From the NCBI RefSeq assembly GCF_004010195.1, contig NC_057720.1, forward strand, positions 20,993,943 to 21,057,942: a stretch of 64,000 nucleotides of DNA, in the 5' to 3' direction. The notes under the pieces were generated by a model that had not been told where the DNA came from, searched no databases, and was given only the letters and a program-made list of their open reading frames with translations. Positions 36,950-50,204 of this stretch are shown in pieces. The stretch is from Chiloscyllium plagiosum. Its lineage: Eukaryota. A program made the translations under genes and the position numbers. Every line of letters starts with the position of its first letter. The first letter of the stretch is position 1.

Positions 36950-37680
36950 GTTTTTATTTATTGCCAGACTCTCATTGCTTTTGAGGAGGTGGTCACGAAC
37001 TGTCCTCCTGAACCACTGCATGTGTGGTGTGATACACTTGTCAGTGCTGTTAGGAAAGGAGTTCCATACTTTTAATCCAAAGACACTGAATGATTGCTGA
37101 GCCAGATGCCATCCTAACTTGAAGGGGAACTTGCAGTTGTAGGGTTTCCATGCACCTACTGTTCTTATTCGAGATGACAGAGGTCATAGATTTGGAAGAA
37201 ACTTTTGTGAGTTGCTGTAGTGAATCTGTTGATTTGTGGCAGCAGAGTGTACATTGTGCTGAATGGGATGCCAGTCAATAAGGCTACTTTATCCTGTATG
37301 ATTTTGAGGTTCTTGAGGTGTAGTCATTCTGGTATTCTATCACAATACTGACTTGTCGATTTTGGGGAGTCAGGAGATGAGTTAGCCACCGTAGAATTCA
37401 TAGCCTGTTGGCTGACATGGTATTGAAGGGACTGTAATTTACTTTCTGGCCACTGAAAGTTGAAGATGGGTATTCAACGATGGAAATGCCATTAGAGGTC
37501 AATGGGAAGTAGTCCTCGAAGATGGTCAATTCCTGGTACTTGGTTTCAAGTAACAGTTCCATCATCTATTAGCCCACACCTAAATGTTTTGCTGCATGTG
37601 GGTATGAACTTTTCAACATCTGAGGATTGAGGTGGACTCTGCTGTGTGCAAGTGTCAATGAATATTCCCATTTCTGATGC
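36950..37680 (-). mobile_element. Old LINE 3' fragment (same family as 21722-28290)
   Basis: Colinear similarity with 21760-21845 plus 23133-23635. Confidence 0.65.
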
Positions 37681-38009
37681 ACATGATGTCCCTAGGTTTT
37701 CATAGAACCTTTGCACAGCAGGTTCTTACTGGTAGACATGTTTGTTTGAAATCTCTGGATTTATGGTAACTGTGCAGCATGTGTGATATGGTGAGGATCT
37801 CTAATACTAACTATATTGGAATTCAGTTGCAGCTGAAAATGCATGAGTCTTGCTCTGTGTATTATTATAAATGTCATGTGTCCTGTTGCAATTTTATCTC
37901 TAATATAACTTGAGGTTCACCAAACACATTCAGTAATAAAGTCATAGGAGCAAAATTGGGCTTTGATATTAATTCAGTTGCGTTGAGAATGTTTACATTT
38001 GTGTTTTGA

Positions 38010-38126
<117 letters not shown>

Positions 38127-38421
38127 TAAGTCGTATTTAAAGTAATTGGAAAATGTCTTGGGCATTTAAAAGAAAAACTTCAAATTGTCAGAAACCACAT
38201 TTAACTCTTCAAGGATGTAAATAAAGAGTGCCATTGGTTATTTGGGAGAAAGCAGGCCTTCGTGATTGGATGGTGTGCATGTATGGGTGCACTTGGGTGC
38301 AAGAGAACTCGGTAAACAACTAGTTTAAATCTTGCCATAGTGTAGCTCAAAGTAAATTGCCTTGAATCCAGTCTATTCACACTGACAGTTATATTTACAC
38401 TAATACTATTCTTACTCCGTC

Positions 38422-38639
38422 GAGTATGGTGCTGGAAAAGCACAGCAGGTCAGGCAGCATCCGAGGAGCAGGTGAATCAATGTTTTGGGCATAAGCCCTC
38501 CATCGCCTCATTCGTGATGAAGGGCTTATGCCCGAAACATCGATTCTCCTGCTCTTTGGATACTGCCTGACCTGCTGTGCTTTTCCAGCACCACATTCTC
38601 GACTTTGATCTCCAGCATCTGCAATCCTCACTTTCTCCT
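38422..38639 (+). mobile_element. Penelope-derived fold-back unit
   Basis: Inverted arms 38422-38504 and 38516-38600 with an ~11-nt spacer; each strand carries a degenerate hammerhead core. Confidence 0.75.
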
Positions 38640-39477
38640 ATTCTTACTTCTCAACAATGATACCATAAATCTCCTTATTAAACATCTTAGTCCAGCCTTT
38701 GAGATTAAGAATTCCCTTTCAGGTTGAGGGAATCATGTACATAAACTTTACCATCGTTTAGGACACATGACAATTATCGAAGAATCAATCTAACGTAACT
38801 GTTTTATGTTAATGTGAGTGAACTGAAAGTCAGGAATCGTCATGAAGTACGTTTGTAGAATTCGTGGTCTGCCTTATTTTTCCTTTCAATATGTTGTGAC
38901 TACCATCTGGTGGAATTTTGAATGAACTGCACTGACAAAAGATGGTTGAGAGTTTAGCAGAACTCTGAGCAAGATAAATATTTGTCATTCCATGCTAATT
39001 CTTTTAGCACTTCACCACAAAGTAATTGCGGATTTAAGTTTTTAAATTCATACAGATTTGCATTTATTATTTTACTTGCATGTGAGCAGTTTGCATCTGA
39101 AGTTTCTTTAATGTAAAAAAATGTCGCAAGGCTTTTCACAACTGATTGACTTGGAATGATGGAAGAATGGACTGAAGAAGAGAGTGAAAGCCTGGTTAAA
39201 GAGCTGTCTTTGGGAAACATTTAAAAAGTGAGAGAGAGGGAGAAATAAAAGCTATTGAGAAGGGATTGCAGAGAATGATGCTAAGCTGACTTGTTGCACC
39301 ATTGTGATTTCTAAATGTGACATTACATTGGCATTGAGAGGTTGGTTTCAATCAGTCTGAATGACAGAAACCTTACCAGTGTTTGCTGTCGTTACTCCTC
39401 TGAAACTGATAGCAAGTGCTGAAGCCATTCAAGGAACTGAATGGCTTACAGCTATTCCTATGTAGACTGTTGTGTGT

Positions 39478-39860
39478 GTCAGTCATACCTTGGTTGGTAG
39501 CGCTTCCACCTCTGAAGCAAAGTTGTGGATTACAGCACTTGAGTACCAAAATCAAGGTTGGTATTCTAGTATAGCACTGAGGAATTGCTGTAGTGTCCAA
39601 GTGCTGTCCTATAGATGAGGCATTAGCCAACTGTTCTTTCGGTTGAATGTAGAAGACCCTGTGGCAAAATGCTGAAGGACAGGAGATGGCCCTCACCGTC
39701 TGATAAAATACATATTAAAAAAAAATCTGATCATTGTTGTCTTGGAGTTCGCTATGGGTGAATTGGCTATCTTGCCTTTATTGCAAAAGTGACTATTCTT
39801 AAAATGTAATTAATTAACTTAAAGATTTGAAATGACTGGTTTTGTGATGGATGCAGATCT
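39478..39860 (+). mobile_element. DeuSINE-like SINE
   Basis: tRNA-like head and Deu-like block tagcactgaggaattgctgtagtgtc...gatgaggcattagcc. Confidence 0.55.
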
Positions 39861-39967
39861 TTGATCCTTAGCATAAGTGGTTAGTTCTTGGTAAGCAAGG
39901 GGATGCAAAGTTATCAAGAGTAGATGTGTATATGGATTTGAGGTTACAGTCAGATCAGCTGTGATCT

Positions 39968-40481
39968 TAGAGTCATAGAGTTATACAGCACAGAAACAGA
40001 CCTTTGGTCCAACTAGTTCATGCTGAACATAATACCAAGCTAAGTTAGTCTCACTTGCCTGTTCCTGGCCCATATTCCTCCAAATCTTTCCTATTCATGT
40101 ACTTATTCAAATGTCTTTTAAACATTGTAATTGTACCCACATCTACCACTACTTCAGAAAGTTCATTCCATTTGCAAACCACCCTCTATATGAAAAAAAA
40201 TTGCACCTCATGTCTTTTTAAAATCTTCTTCCTCTGACTTTAAAAATGTGCCACCTAGTCTTGAAATCTCCCATTCTAGGGAAAAGACAATGGCCATTTC
40301 TATCTGTACCTCTCATTATTTTATAAACTTCTATCAGGTCACCCCTCAACCTCCTACGCTCCAGTGAAAAAATGTCTCAGCTTATCTGGCCCTCCTTAAT
40401 AACTCCAATCTTCCATACCCGGTAATATTGTGGTAAACATTTTCCAAATTCTCTCCACTTTAATAATATCCTTCCTATAAC
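39968..40481 (-). mobile_element. CR1-type LINE 3' fragment
   Basis: Reverse complement of the CR1 3' UTR and ORF2 end, as at 8670-9152. Confidence 0.8.
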
Positions 40482-40781
40482 TATTGAATGACCGAGCAGG
40501 CAAGAGCAGCCAATTGCTGCTGAAAAGGAGTAAATGAATGAACTGACAGTTCATTCAGAAAATGAGAAGTTATTGACCATAATCAAACGCTCTAGTTTCA
40601 TGTCAATAATTTAATGTTTTATATTGTGGGCCCAAAACCTTTAGATCAGTGAGCCACTTTAGATAGTCTGGCCATCTCCCTTGAGACTAATGACTAAAGT
40701 TAAATTGGAATGCTATGCATGTATTTAATGTCAAATTTTTGCAAGTTGACTGTGATATCTCAATTGTTTTAAAACATTTAG

Positions 40782-40983
40782 GTATGAACTACCTTTTGAT
40801 CGACATGACTGGATTGTAAACCGCTGTGGAAGGGAAGTACGATATGTGATTGATTATTATGATGGAGGTGAAGTTGACAAATCAACATATCAGTTCACAG
40901 CTCTAGATGTGCGTCCAGCTCTGGATTCCTTTTCTGCAGTATGGGACAGAATGAAAGTGGCATGGTGGCGTTGGACATCATAA
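40782..40983 (+). CDS. HCCS: HCCS last coding exon
   Basis: Acceptor catttag|[30 protein letters not shown]...[29 protein letters not shown] at 40981-40983. Spliced CDS 112+152+149+120+87+202 = 822 nt. Confidence 0.98.
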
Positions 40984-41704
40984 CATCTATTTAGATTGTA
41001 GCAGTTACTGCAAATGAACTTATGGATGTCATAATCTTAAATGTTTTAAAATTAAATTGAATTATCTGCACATTACAAATGAGCAAGCTGCAATTTGTAC
41101 CTGCTATTATCCAGATACCACGTGCTTAAAAGCTTCTCACAAACCAACTTTCTTCATTTCTGTGTATGGTTTATAATGGAACAAGACTTGCCAAAAGGTC
41201 TGTATTATTTATGTTCTGTTGTATTCTTTTATGTTTAGTTCTTGCATCTGTGGATTGGGAATAATCAATCAAAATTAATTTGAGCATATCCTTCAGAGAA
41301 TTACTTTTGTGAAGCCTAATACCGCTGTATATTCCAATGTATTAATTTGAAGTGTTAAATTTGAATATATGTTTGAGTAGCTTGATGGAATCTTGGGTGA
41401 TTCTAACCATTACATTTTTCTTTCTTTTTGAGTAGTGCTTGAAAACTATGATGCAATACTTGAGTCCAGTGTGCTCGCTCTTTCAAGCTGAGAAGCAGCA
41501 CATCAGAATGAGGGTGGGGATGGACTAATTATATTAATTCTCCTAATGTACCAGAGAGCTCAATAATTTCTGAAAAATGATACAACAGCAAACTCTTGCA
41601 TTAGGTTTCCACTAAATTGGGAAGTACTTAAAGTTTCAAAAAGTCCTTTTGCTAATTTTTTTAATGTATTATTTTTGGTGTTCAGTACTTTCTTAATGAC
41701 AGGC

Positions 41705-41997
41705 AATAAACTTGATAGTCTCTGAAATGGATTTCCTGATTACAGTAGATATTGTAGTGAGCATCTAGTGTGAAATAGAATTGTAGTCAAAACCATAAGA
41801 TGAAATTCTAATTTTCACATTCCTTACCAGATAAACATCCTATAGTAGTAAAATGGTCTTGTTGAAACTATGCTGAAATTTTGACTTTTTAACTATTGTC
41901 CAAACTTATTTTCAGGGAAGTCATGCTATAATAATATTGGCATATCTTTGCTAACATTTGGATTAGGTGCCAAATAAACTTGTACAGCTCAAATAAA
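41705..41997 (+). terminator. HCCS: Candidate HCCS polyadenylation signals
   Basis: AATAAA at 41705, 41973 and 41992, followed by U-rich sequence. Confidence 0.5.
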
Positions 41998-42289
41998 ACA
42001 TTTTTACTTAAATATGAAAACAGTTTTACAAGTGTTTGCATTTAAAACTTTCAAGAGATTTTCCCAGAGTTTAAATTACTACATTTTTAATCGTTATTCT
42101 AGGCATCAGTCAGAATATAAACCTGAAAGGTCCATGATAAAACACAGAACCATAAATGCTGAAAATCTGAAATAAAGTGCTGGAGAAACTTGGCAGATCT
42201 GGCAACATCTGTGGAGAGAAAGCAAAGTTAATGTTTCATTTCCAGTGATGCTACTTCATAAAGATCCATACTTGTTGCTGCAGATCTAA

Positions 42290-43018
42290 TGATAAATGTT
42301 TGGAAGCAAAAACAGGCAGATTAATATCTGGTGAATGATTATGAAAGGTTGAAATGAAAAATAATCTGTCATTGTTCATCAGTCTATGAAACTAAGCTAT
42401 CAGGTGCAGCAGATGCCAAAAAAGGCAAATAGTATGTTGGCCCATGTAGCAAGAGGATTTGAATGCAGGAGCAGGGATGCCTTGCTGCAATTGTATTGTG
42501 CCTTTGTGAGATCGTATGTGGAATATTGTATACAGTTTTGGTCTCGTTATCTGAAGATTGTTTGGGATGTGGAGGGGTGCAATATGTGTTTATCAGACTG
42601 GACTGACAAGAAAAGAAACTAGATTGATTGCACTATATTCTCTGAAGTTTAGAGGAATGATGGGGGATTTTTTCTCAAGACGACTAAATTCTATAAGGAG
42701 TAGACAGGGTGAATGCAGGGAGTCTAGACCTAGGGGTCACAGTCTAAGGATATGGGGTAGGCCATTTAGGACTGAGTTGAGACATTTCTTCACCCAGAGA
42801 GTGGTGAGTTTTGGAATTCTCTGCCACAAAGCAGTCGAGACCAAGATATTTTAGTTTTTCTTTGAGAAGTGGATAGATATAGTTTAGTGCTAAAGGGACA
42901 AAAGGATATGGGGAGAAAGTGGAATAGTGTCTTGAGCTGGATGATCAATCATGATTATGTTGAATGATGGAACAAGCTTGAAGGGCCCAATGGCATACTC
43001 CTGCTCCGATTTTCTGTC
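42290..43018 (+). mobile_element. Old CR1-type LINE 3' fragment
   Basis: KKANSMLAHVARG...VEYCIQFW and RHFFTQRVV; 3' UTR as at 27250-27345. Confidence 0.8.
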
Positions 43019-44739
43019 TAGGTTTTCTGAGTTTTTAAAATCTTGACAGCCAACCCCTACGTAAATGTTCTAGGCTTGGGTAAGTAAGTATGTAGTTATG
43101 GGGGAGCAGTATGCATACAACTGGATATACAGAAATCTTTACCTATCTAGTGTTCTTGAACACTTTCAAAGCATGCTTAGTACAGCCAATGCCTCAGTTT
43201 GCCACCATTGCAAAAGACTCAAGCTTAAACTTACCAGCCTCCTTTAGACTGGCATTAGGGATAATTTTTCTTTACATCTCTCAATGTTTTAAAGAAGGTA
43301 ATAGCTATGGTTATTGCTAAATTTAACCTGTATAATTTTCCTTTTTCGTATATATAAAACTCCTTTAGAAAATTACTATCGAATCTCCTCCCTCAGTAAT
43401 ACAGATCATAATGTCTCTTGCCATTTTTTCCAACAGAATGTCACCTTGTGTTTTAATGCCATTGATAACTTAAGATTACATTGAATTTACATTGAGTTCT
43501 TGGAGAATGAAATCCTTTTTGGTAAGGAATGGTTGAGATAGAGACTATGGTATGAGTTATTGAAAACTTGATAAGACAATTGGGAATACAGACATGACTA
43601 GTCAAATAATCTTCAATCAGTGGCTGCACAGTAGTCTGGAATGTTACTGCAGGTGGAAAATGCAGACCAATACTCACTTTAAGGTGTAAGCATGCACAGT
43701 AATTGTTAAAGGATTGTGTAATGGAAAAACTGGAAATGTGGCATTCAATATAGTAACATTCTGTGGCAGTGTATGTTCATCATATCACCCTAATTTCAGA
43801 AAATAAGTGAGATCGTGATCCTTAAGATGTTCGCTGTGCAAGCAGTATATCTGTAAAAAGACCCCTTGACCAAGTAGAAGCTGACCTGTTCACTTCTGTA
43901 TTAGGACTGCGTCGGATGAATTGAACGTTTGTTAACTTCCTTGATTAATCTGGATAGTAATCTGAGGCTGCCATTGTAGAAAACATTTTCCACGGGCTAG
44001 TTATTGCTTACTGTCACCCTTTGGGACAGGTTGGCGGAGAACAGAAGTATGACTAGCTTATCCATAGTATTCCTAGTGGAGATGACATCAATGACATAAT
44101 GCATTGAGTTTTAATTATTGCTGTCCTGTCTTGGCACCATGATGTAGTCAGTGAAGTCAGGGTCCTTTAGGAAATAATTTATCATTGCCATCAAATTCAG
44201 TTTAGGAAACAATTAATGGAGCTTTGACAAACACATTTCAACACTGATTAAATAATATTAATGTCTGTATTTTTGGGACATTCCCTAGGAAAGTGAAATG
44301 AAGCTTTAATTTTCCAGGAACTGCTGGGTGGGGCAATTTGCTGTGACCCCATTTCTAATAGACTATGGCAGTAATTTTGATTTTTGCAGAATATCATTTA
44401 CATAACTTATACTTAATTTTCATTTTAGTTTGATACATAAAGGGTTCTAAAAGGTGAAATCATGCACTTTGGCTTTTACCGTTGGAATCATCTGAGAAGA
44501 CAGGTTCTTTTAGGTTATTGGTCTCCACGGTGAACGTAGCAACAGAAATTCAAGGGCACTGAGGGACAGATAATAAATACTAGCCACTAAGCCATGTCCA
44601 TATTCCATGAGTAAAATTAACAAGAAAATTTGAGGCTAAATAGGTTTAGGAAAAGTAAAAGCAACAGAATACCTTGTTCACTTTCCACATGTCATTTCCT
44701 TAATCACTCAACTCTGGCATGCTATTGTAAATTACAATC

Positions 44740-45210
44740 AGGTTTTAAATCAAACTAAATTGGCTTGTTTCGTACGTCCTAAGACAAAAGGTCCATCTCG
44801 CTGAATGCGGATCCAGTTTCAACTAGTTCTTAATTAAGCTACTCTTTCACTGGAATATTTAGAAAACAAAACCCTACTTAAGGTTGGTAAGTGCAGAATT
44901 TAAGCTGGAGATTTCCGCTTAATGCCAACTTAAAAATTGCAAACTAAATTAGATTTGTGCAAAATAAAAAAAAAGACCCTCACCCAACTGGATGCATTCA
45001 GTCCTTGGTTAAACTCAGTTTGCTAGCTGAATTTACATGTTCCTAAGGCAAAAAGAGTAAGCAGACTCTTTTAATGATCCAGTTTCAGCAGGATCTTAAT
45101 TAAATTGCGCTCTCACTGGAATTCTTGTTAAAACCCTGCTGAAGGTTGGTACCCAAGACTTTAAGCAGTAGATTTCAGTTTAATGCCAACTACAAACAAT
45201 TAGATTCATG
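44740..45210. repeat. Diverged tandem duplication, period ~266 bp
   Basis: Colinear shared blocks CCTAAG.CAAAAG, GATCCAGTTTCA (44810, 45076), CTTAATTAA, TCACTGGAAT, AAAACCCT.CT.AAGGTTGGTA and TTAATGCCAACT. Confidence 0.75.
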
Positions 45211-45239
45211 GAAATTAAACATTTTCTATTTTCTTACTC

Positions 45240-47300
45240 AGCACCTACGTGTACTCCATCCTAAGCTGTTTGTTTCCCCTATGCTTGTTGTGGATAGGCT
45301 CACTTGTGAACTTATCTACAGCAAGCACAGAAGAGACCAGCCTGTGATTGGAGGAGCAGCTCTCCCATCATTGCCTTCTCTTCTACTTGGGGTTGAGGAC
45401 GGATGTAACCTTTCTCCAATCAGTCACCCATCTGCTTTACTTGGGGGGGTTTTGGAGGTGGATCAGCATCAATTCGAGGCAGTAGGGAGATAAGGACCTC
45501 GACCTCCCTCCACACAAGGAGACAGGCTTCCCCCAGGACAGACAAGGTCACGCACGTGTGCTTTCCCAGAAGTCTCTGCTCAGTACACTCCAGAGTTGAT
45601 CAGGCCTTCTATCTCCACCGTGTGCCATCTTCTGCGAGTTCAAGTCGAGGAGGATGCATTTACCTCTGAGCAGGATACAGTCAGCATGTCTGGTCCCTCC
45701 CATTTATCTCTTCCTGCCTCTATTCCTGATGAAGGGCTTTTGCCTGAAATGTCAATTTTCCTGCTCCTCAGATGCTGCCTGACCTGCTGTGCTTTTCCAG
45801 CATCTGCAGTCCTCACTTTTGCCTACCTACATCCCTTGGGTCACCCGAGTAAAACTCAATAAGGTCAGCAGGATCCAGAATAGCACCCAGCCCCTCCACC
45901 TCTACTGTGCACATCAGGACTGTACTGAAATGTGCAGGGGGAAAAAAGGATTGCCTGAAGGCACATGAATGGCATGGGTGAGTTTTCATTTATGAATACA
46001 TTTTCACATCTGTAAATGTTCACTGTTCATCATTGGCTTTGTGAACAAATATCATTTTAGTTGCAGCCTTGAGAATGAGGCCAGAGCGGTCAGTCACCCT
46101 TAACGCCAAACAATGTTCCAACCCTGTGATAGCTGTCCTTTCCACGATCAAGGGAGTATTGGATGTTGTGAGACTTATAGTTTTAACTTTCATTAACAGA
46201 ATGAGCCATGTAGCAAGTTCAAAGTGTTAACCTGCACTTAGAGTTGGGATTATACAGGGACTGTTGGCCTCAGCAGCATCAAAATATTTGCAATGAAAAA
46301 CTCATTCACTCAACATTGAATGAGGTTCACAAGGACATTCTGTCTGTGTCACTCTGGCTGATGGGTGCTTTGCTGTAGATGCTGTTCTGTTTGAAGAACG
46401 TCCTCATGTTGTTAATGAGCACCGTGCTGCAGCTCTCTCAGCTCCCCATTGTATGTCCCATAGCCTCAGTGTGTCTTCCTGTTGTTTTGATCAGAGATTC
46501 CGAGAATCAGGTGAAGATCTGTCTGGACGGTATTGGTACAAAGCCCTAGACCACACCTACACAGAAACCTGATGTTGAAACCAGTGGCTGTTGGTTGTTC
46601 CAGTGGAAGGAGGTGCTTTATTGCAGATACGTTGGAAAGCATGACATGGTGTTCTGATGTTAGCAGAGTATAACACCTTTGGCCCTCTCATCTGCATGGC
46701 ATTCCATGGAAGATAAGCTGCAATTGCTCCCCTGCGTCGTCACTATATCAGAAGGGGAATCTATGCTGCAAGCTCACTGTGGGGATTGGCTCCATGTCCC
46801 CTCAAGATTAATGCTCGGTCCTGGATTTGTGGACGTATGGGTTCCTTATCCATTTCTTAGCACAGAAATGGATAAGGACAACCACAGCTTGTGTGCCTGG
46901 ATCCACTGCGGGCAGTTCTAATGAGTCTCTGTGGTCAATATCAGCAACAATTCAGCTTTTCAATCATGGACAGTTGGAGTAAACAGATAACATTTGGACA
47001 ATGTCTTTGACATATTGGGACAGGGAGGCCCCTGATAAGAAAGTCAATGAGTTACTTCTACATGGACATTGCATGTTGTTGCCCTGAGTCAGGCATCTCT
47101 TGCTGAGACTTTTGGCACGTGTATACTAGGAACTTGAACATGTGTCAGAAGCAATAAAGTCTCCTCCATCCCAACTTCCACAGTGAACAAGAAAGGCAGC
47201 ATTGCATACAGCCTAATTGTGTGAACATTTTACGGTCCAAGGTGTGACATGAGCAGTATCTATCTTTTGTGGACTGTGAAGCTGTGGAAGATGATTGCTA
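45240..47300. mobile_element. Possible highly degraded PIF/Harbinger transposon (Myb-like part on +, transposase on -)
   Basis: Weak remnants only: + strand KHRRDQPVIGGA (resembling HNRRER..TGGG); - strand DFIASDTC and NIRFLC...QYRPDR, resembling HARBI1-type motifs. No TIRs found. Confidence 0.3.
45720..45826 (+). mobile_element. Penelope-derived unit with hammerhead motif
   Basis: CTGATGA(45726)-A-GGGC-TTTT-GCCT-GAAA-TGTC followed by the shared cctgctcctc.gatgctgcctgacctgctgtgcttttccagca block. Confidence 0.7.
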
Positions 47301-47542
47301 CTGTGGCAAGGGGGCCGCAAGACATTACTTGTGACTCACAGGCATTGGTAGCATTCATTAGTAATGTTCTCTGCTGTGGTCAAGAGTTTTTTGGGGAGAG
47401 ATGTCAAAGAGCAGCCTCGAGTTCTGTGTTCAGAAGTACAATTGAGCTCTAATCAAGCTCTTTATCATGTGTGAGAGAGGCCAGAGACCACTCCAAATCT
47501 GGCCTTCACATGGGGGCCAATTGCCTTCTTAATTCCAGCTAG

Positions 47543-47715
47543 GAGGAAGTGAGGATTGCAGATGCGAGAGATCAGAGTCGAGTGTGTGGTGCTGAAAAGG
47601 CACAGCAGTTCAGACAGGAATTTCTGATGAAAGGCTTTTGCCTGAAACATCAATTCTCCTGCTCCTCGGATGCTGCCTGACCTGCTCTGCTTTTACAGCA
47701 CCACACTCTCAACTC
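47543..47715. mobile_element. Penelope-derived fold-back unit with hammerhead motif
   Basis: CTGATGA(47624)-A-AGGC-TTTT-GCCT-GAAAC-ATC between inverted gagtgtgtggtgctg / cagcaccacactc arms. Confidence 0.7.
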
Positions 47716-48951
47716 TTAATTCCAGCTCAGATTGCAAGACAGATCAATGATGCTCTGGTTTCCCCAGTGAGATACAGCATTTTTATACATTTCGCTTTAC
47801 CATAATTATATGTCATTATTCCTTCCCCCTTCATCCATACGTCCAATTCTGTGAAACATCTGATCAATGATGGCCACCTCTGTGGACAGCCCTAGGTTCC
47901 CCATTACCTTCATGATGTTTACCAGACATTGCAATCATCAAACCTTGGGATCTTACAATGTATCCCATTCATTCACATTCCAAAGTTAATGATTATACTC
48001 TTTTTCAGACATTTCCCAGGTTTGCTTACCTCTAAGGACTGCTTGAATTCTATTATTCATTGTATTCATTGCTATTCAAATCAATTCTGTTAGTTATCTT
48101 ATATTTCCCATTATATAAAGAAGATTAGTTCTTACTAATTGCTATAAGATTCATAATATTAGTTCAAATATAAATTTAGTTATCCGTAAAGTTTTATATT
48201 TACCACATATTATTAGCATTCTTTAGTTAATGAGTTGTCTGCAGTTTCTGTCCCACCTGATCTTGGAGGGCCAGGTGAACACTGCCCCTTTATTTTGCAG
48301 TTGCATTATAATTCATTCCAGTCATATTACATCTTCTGGGATGAAATTGGCTGTTCCTACTCTGACTAACTCTTAGACTTAATAGGAAAACATCTTTTTC
48401 ATTAATAAGGCTAAAGCTGAATCACTTTCACAGCTCAATGAACTTGTCTAATCTTCCAGGTTTTTACAAGACATGATCTCACCCTTATCATTTGTCTCTG
48501 TTATTGTGGGATCCTACTTTTCTTCTTAATGCTTGCTACAAACTTCAGGCTGTCTGTTCTCAGATTCAACTCTCTCCTACAAACATCTGCAGCTGTTCTG
48601 TTTACAGAACTCCCTGCATATGAATTTGTAAAATTCTTTGTTCCAAGTAGACCCTGTTACGTTGCGATAACTCCTTCTCAAAACTATCTTTGTGCTAATT
48701 TATTACCTCACTTTAATACTGGATCAAGTACACTAATTCTGTTACTGCAGCCATATTTATGCCAACAGGTGATCATATTGTGCAACATCTGACCAGGGAC
48801 TGCCCCAACAGTGCTTCAGGCCAAGTCTTTTAGTTGGCACAGAAGGTTGGTCTGTGAGGTCCCTGTATAGCATTTGGTTTAAACATTCTTTTTTTATATA
48901 ATCGTTCCCAAGATATTGGTGTGTCTGGCTAGGCCAACATTCAGCTCTAAA

Positions 48952-49178
48952 GAGTCGTGAGTGTATGGAATGCATGGAGTTTACTCAGCGAGTCGTGAGT
49001 TCATGGAATGCCCTGCCAGTAGCAGTGGTGGACTCTCCCTCTTTATGGGCATTTAAACGGGCATTGGATAGGCATATGGAGGATAGTGGGCTAGTGTAGG
49101 TTAGGTGGGCTTGGATCGGCGCAACATCGAGGGCCAAAGGGCCTGTACTGCACTGTGTATTTTTCTATGTTTCTATGT
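48952..49178 (+). mobile_element. Very short young CR1 3' copy inserted into a family-B SINE
   Basis: Nearly identical to 51762-51953. The SINE B sequence ctctaaag|acattagtgaacc is split by it. Confidence 0.85.
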
Positions 49179-50204
49179 AACATTAGTGAACCAGATGTGT
49201 TTTTCCTGACAATCGACAGTGATTTTGTTAGACTATTAATTTCAGATTTTTATTGAATTCAAATTTCACCATCTGCCATGGTGGGATTCGAACCCAGGTC
49301 CCCAGAACATCATCTGGGTCTCTGGATGACTAGTCTAGCAATAATACCACAAGGCCATCGCCTCCTGTAAACCTGTATCTGCCTTCACCTGTACTGTGTG
49401 GGCTTCTGTCCTTTCAAAGGTCTCACATCAGACAAAGGTGGACTGCCTCCCTCGCAGAGTGAAACACTAACTCCACTCACTTCAGATGTGTTGGCTGCCA
49501 TTTTTAATTTCCATCGCATCGTTGCAGTTTGGGTGAGGTTGGAAGCAATACTGTCATCACCTTACAGAATAAGTCTCAGGCTCAGTCTCTTAGTCCAGAT
49601 GATTTCCCCATAACCTTCATTTTCCTTTCTTCCTTGTCCTCCTTCTTCATCCCACCAGCTTTGATCTTCCCCACATTCCCACCCAACCAGATTATTTAAC
49701 TTTTGTCTCCCTACATTACCCACTGAGCCTTTGGCACAAAGCTTTGTCATTGGAAACATAGTAATGCACCGTATCTCCACTCCAGCTAAAGCAAGGATGA
49801 TGGTAACTGTCGATGACCTTTTATCCTAATACAGTATACACTTTGGCATCCCACTGTCTCTCATCTTTGAATCAGTCCCATTACAATTTTTATGTCTTCT
49901 GTATCCCAGCATATTGCCTCCGATACCCATAGTTGATTTCTCCAGTGTTCCCAAGATAGCACCAGTCCCCCATAACCACCCTTGAATTTCAGTGGATAGA
50001 CACCCTGCACTGTCTGTGGCCCAGTCTCCTGACTGAATTTGGCAGTTGGCCCCAATGGATGAGTAACTGGGCCCCTTGACTGATCTCAGTGCGACTCCTC
50101 GACTGACATACCATGACTCCCCGGACTCGACCTGCAGGGCTGACCGTAGCTCACTCCCTTGACTGTAGAGTTATGCCTCCTCTGACCCTGGCTACCTCAC
50201 GAAT

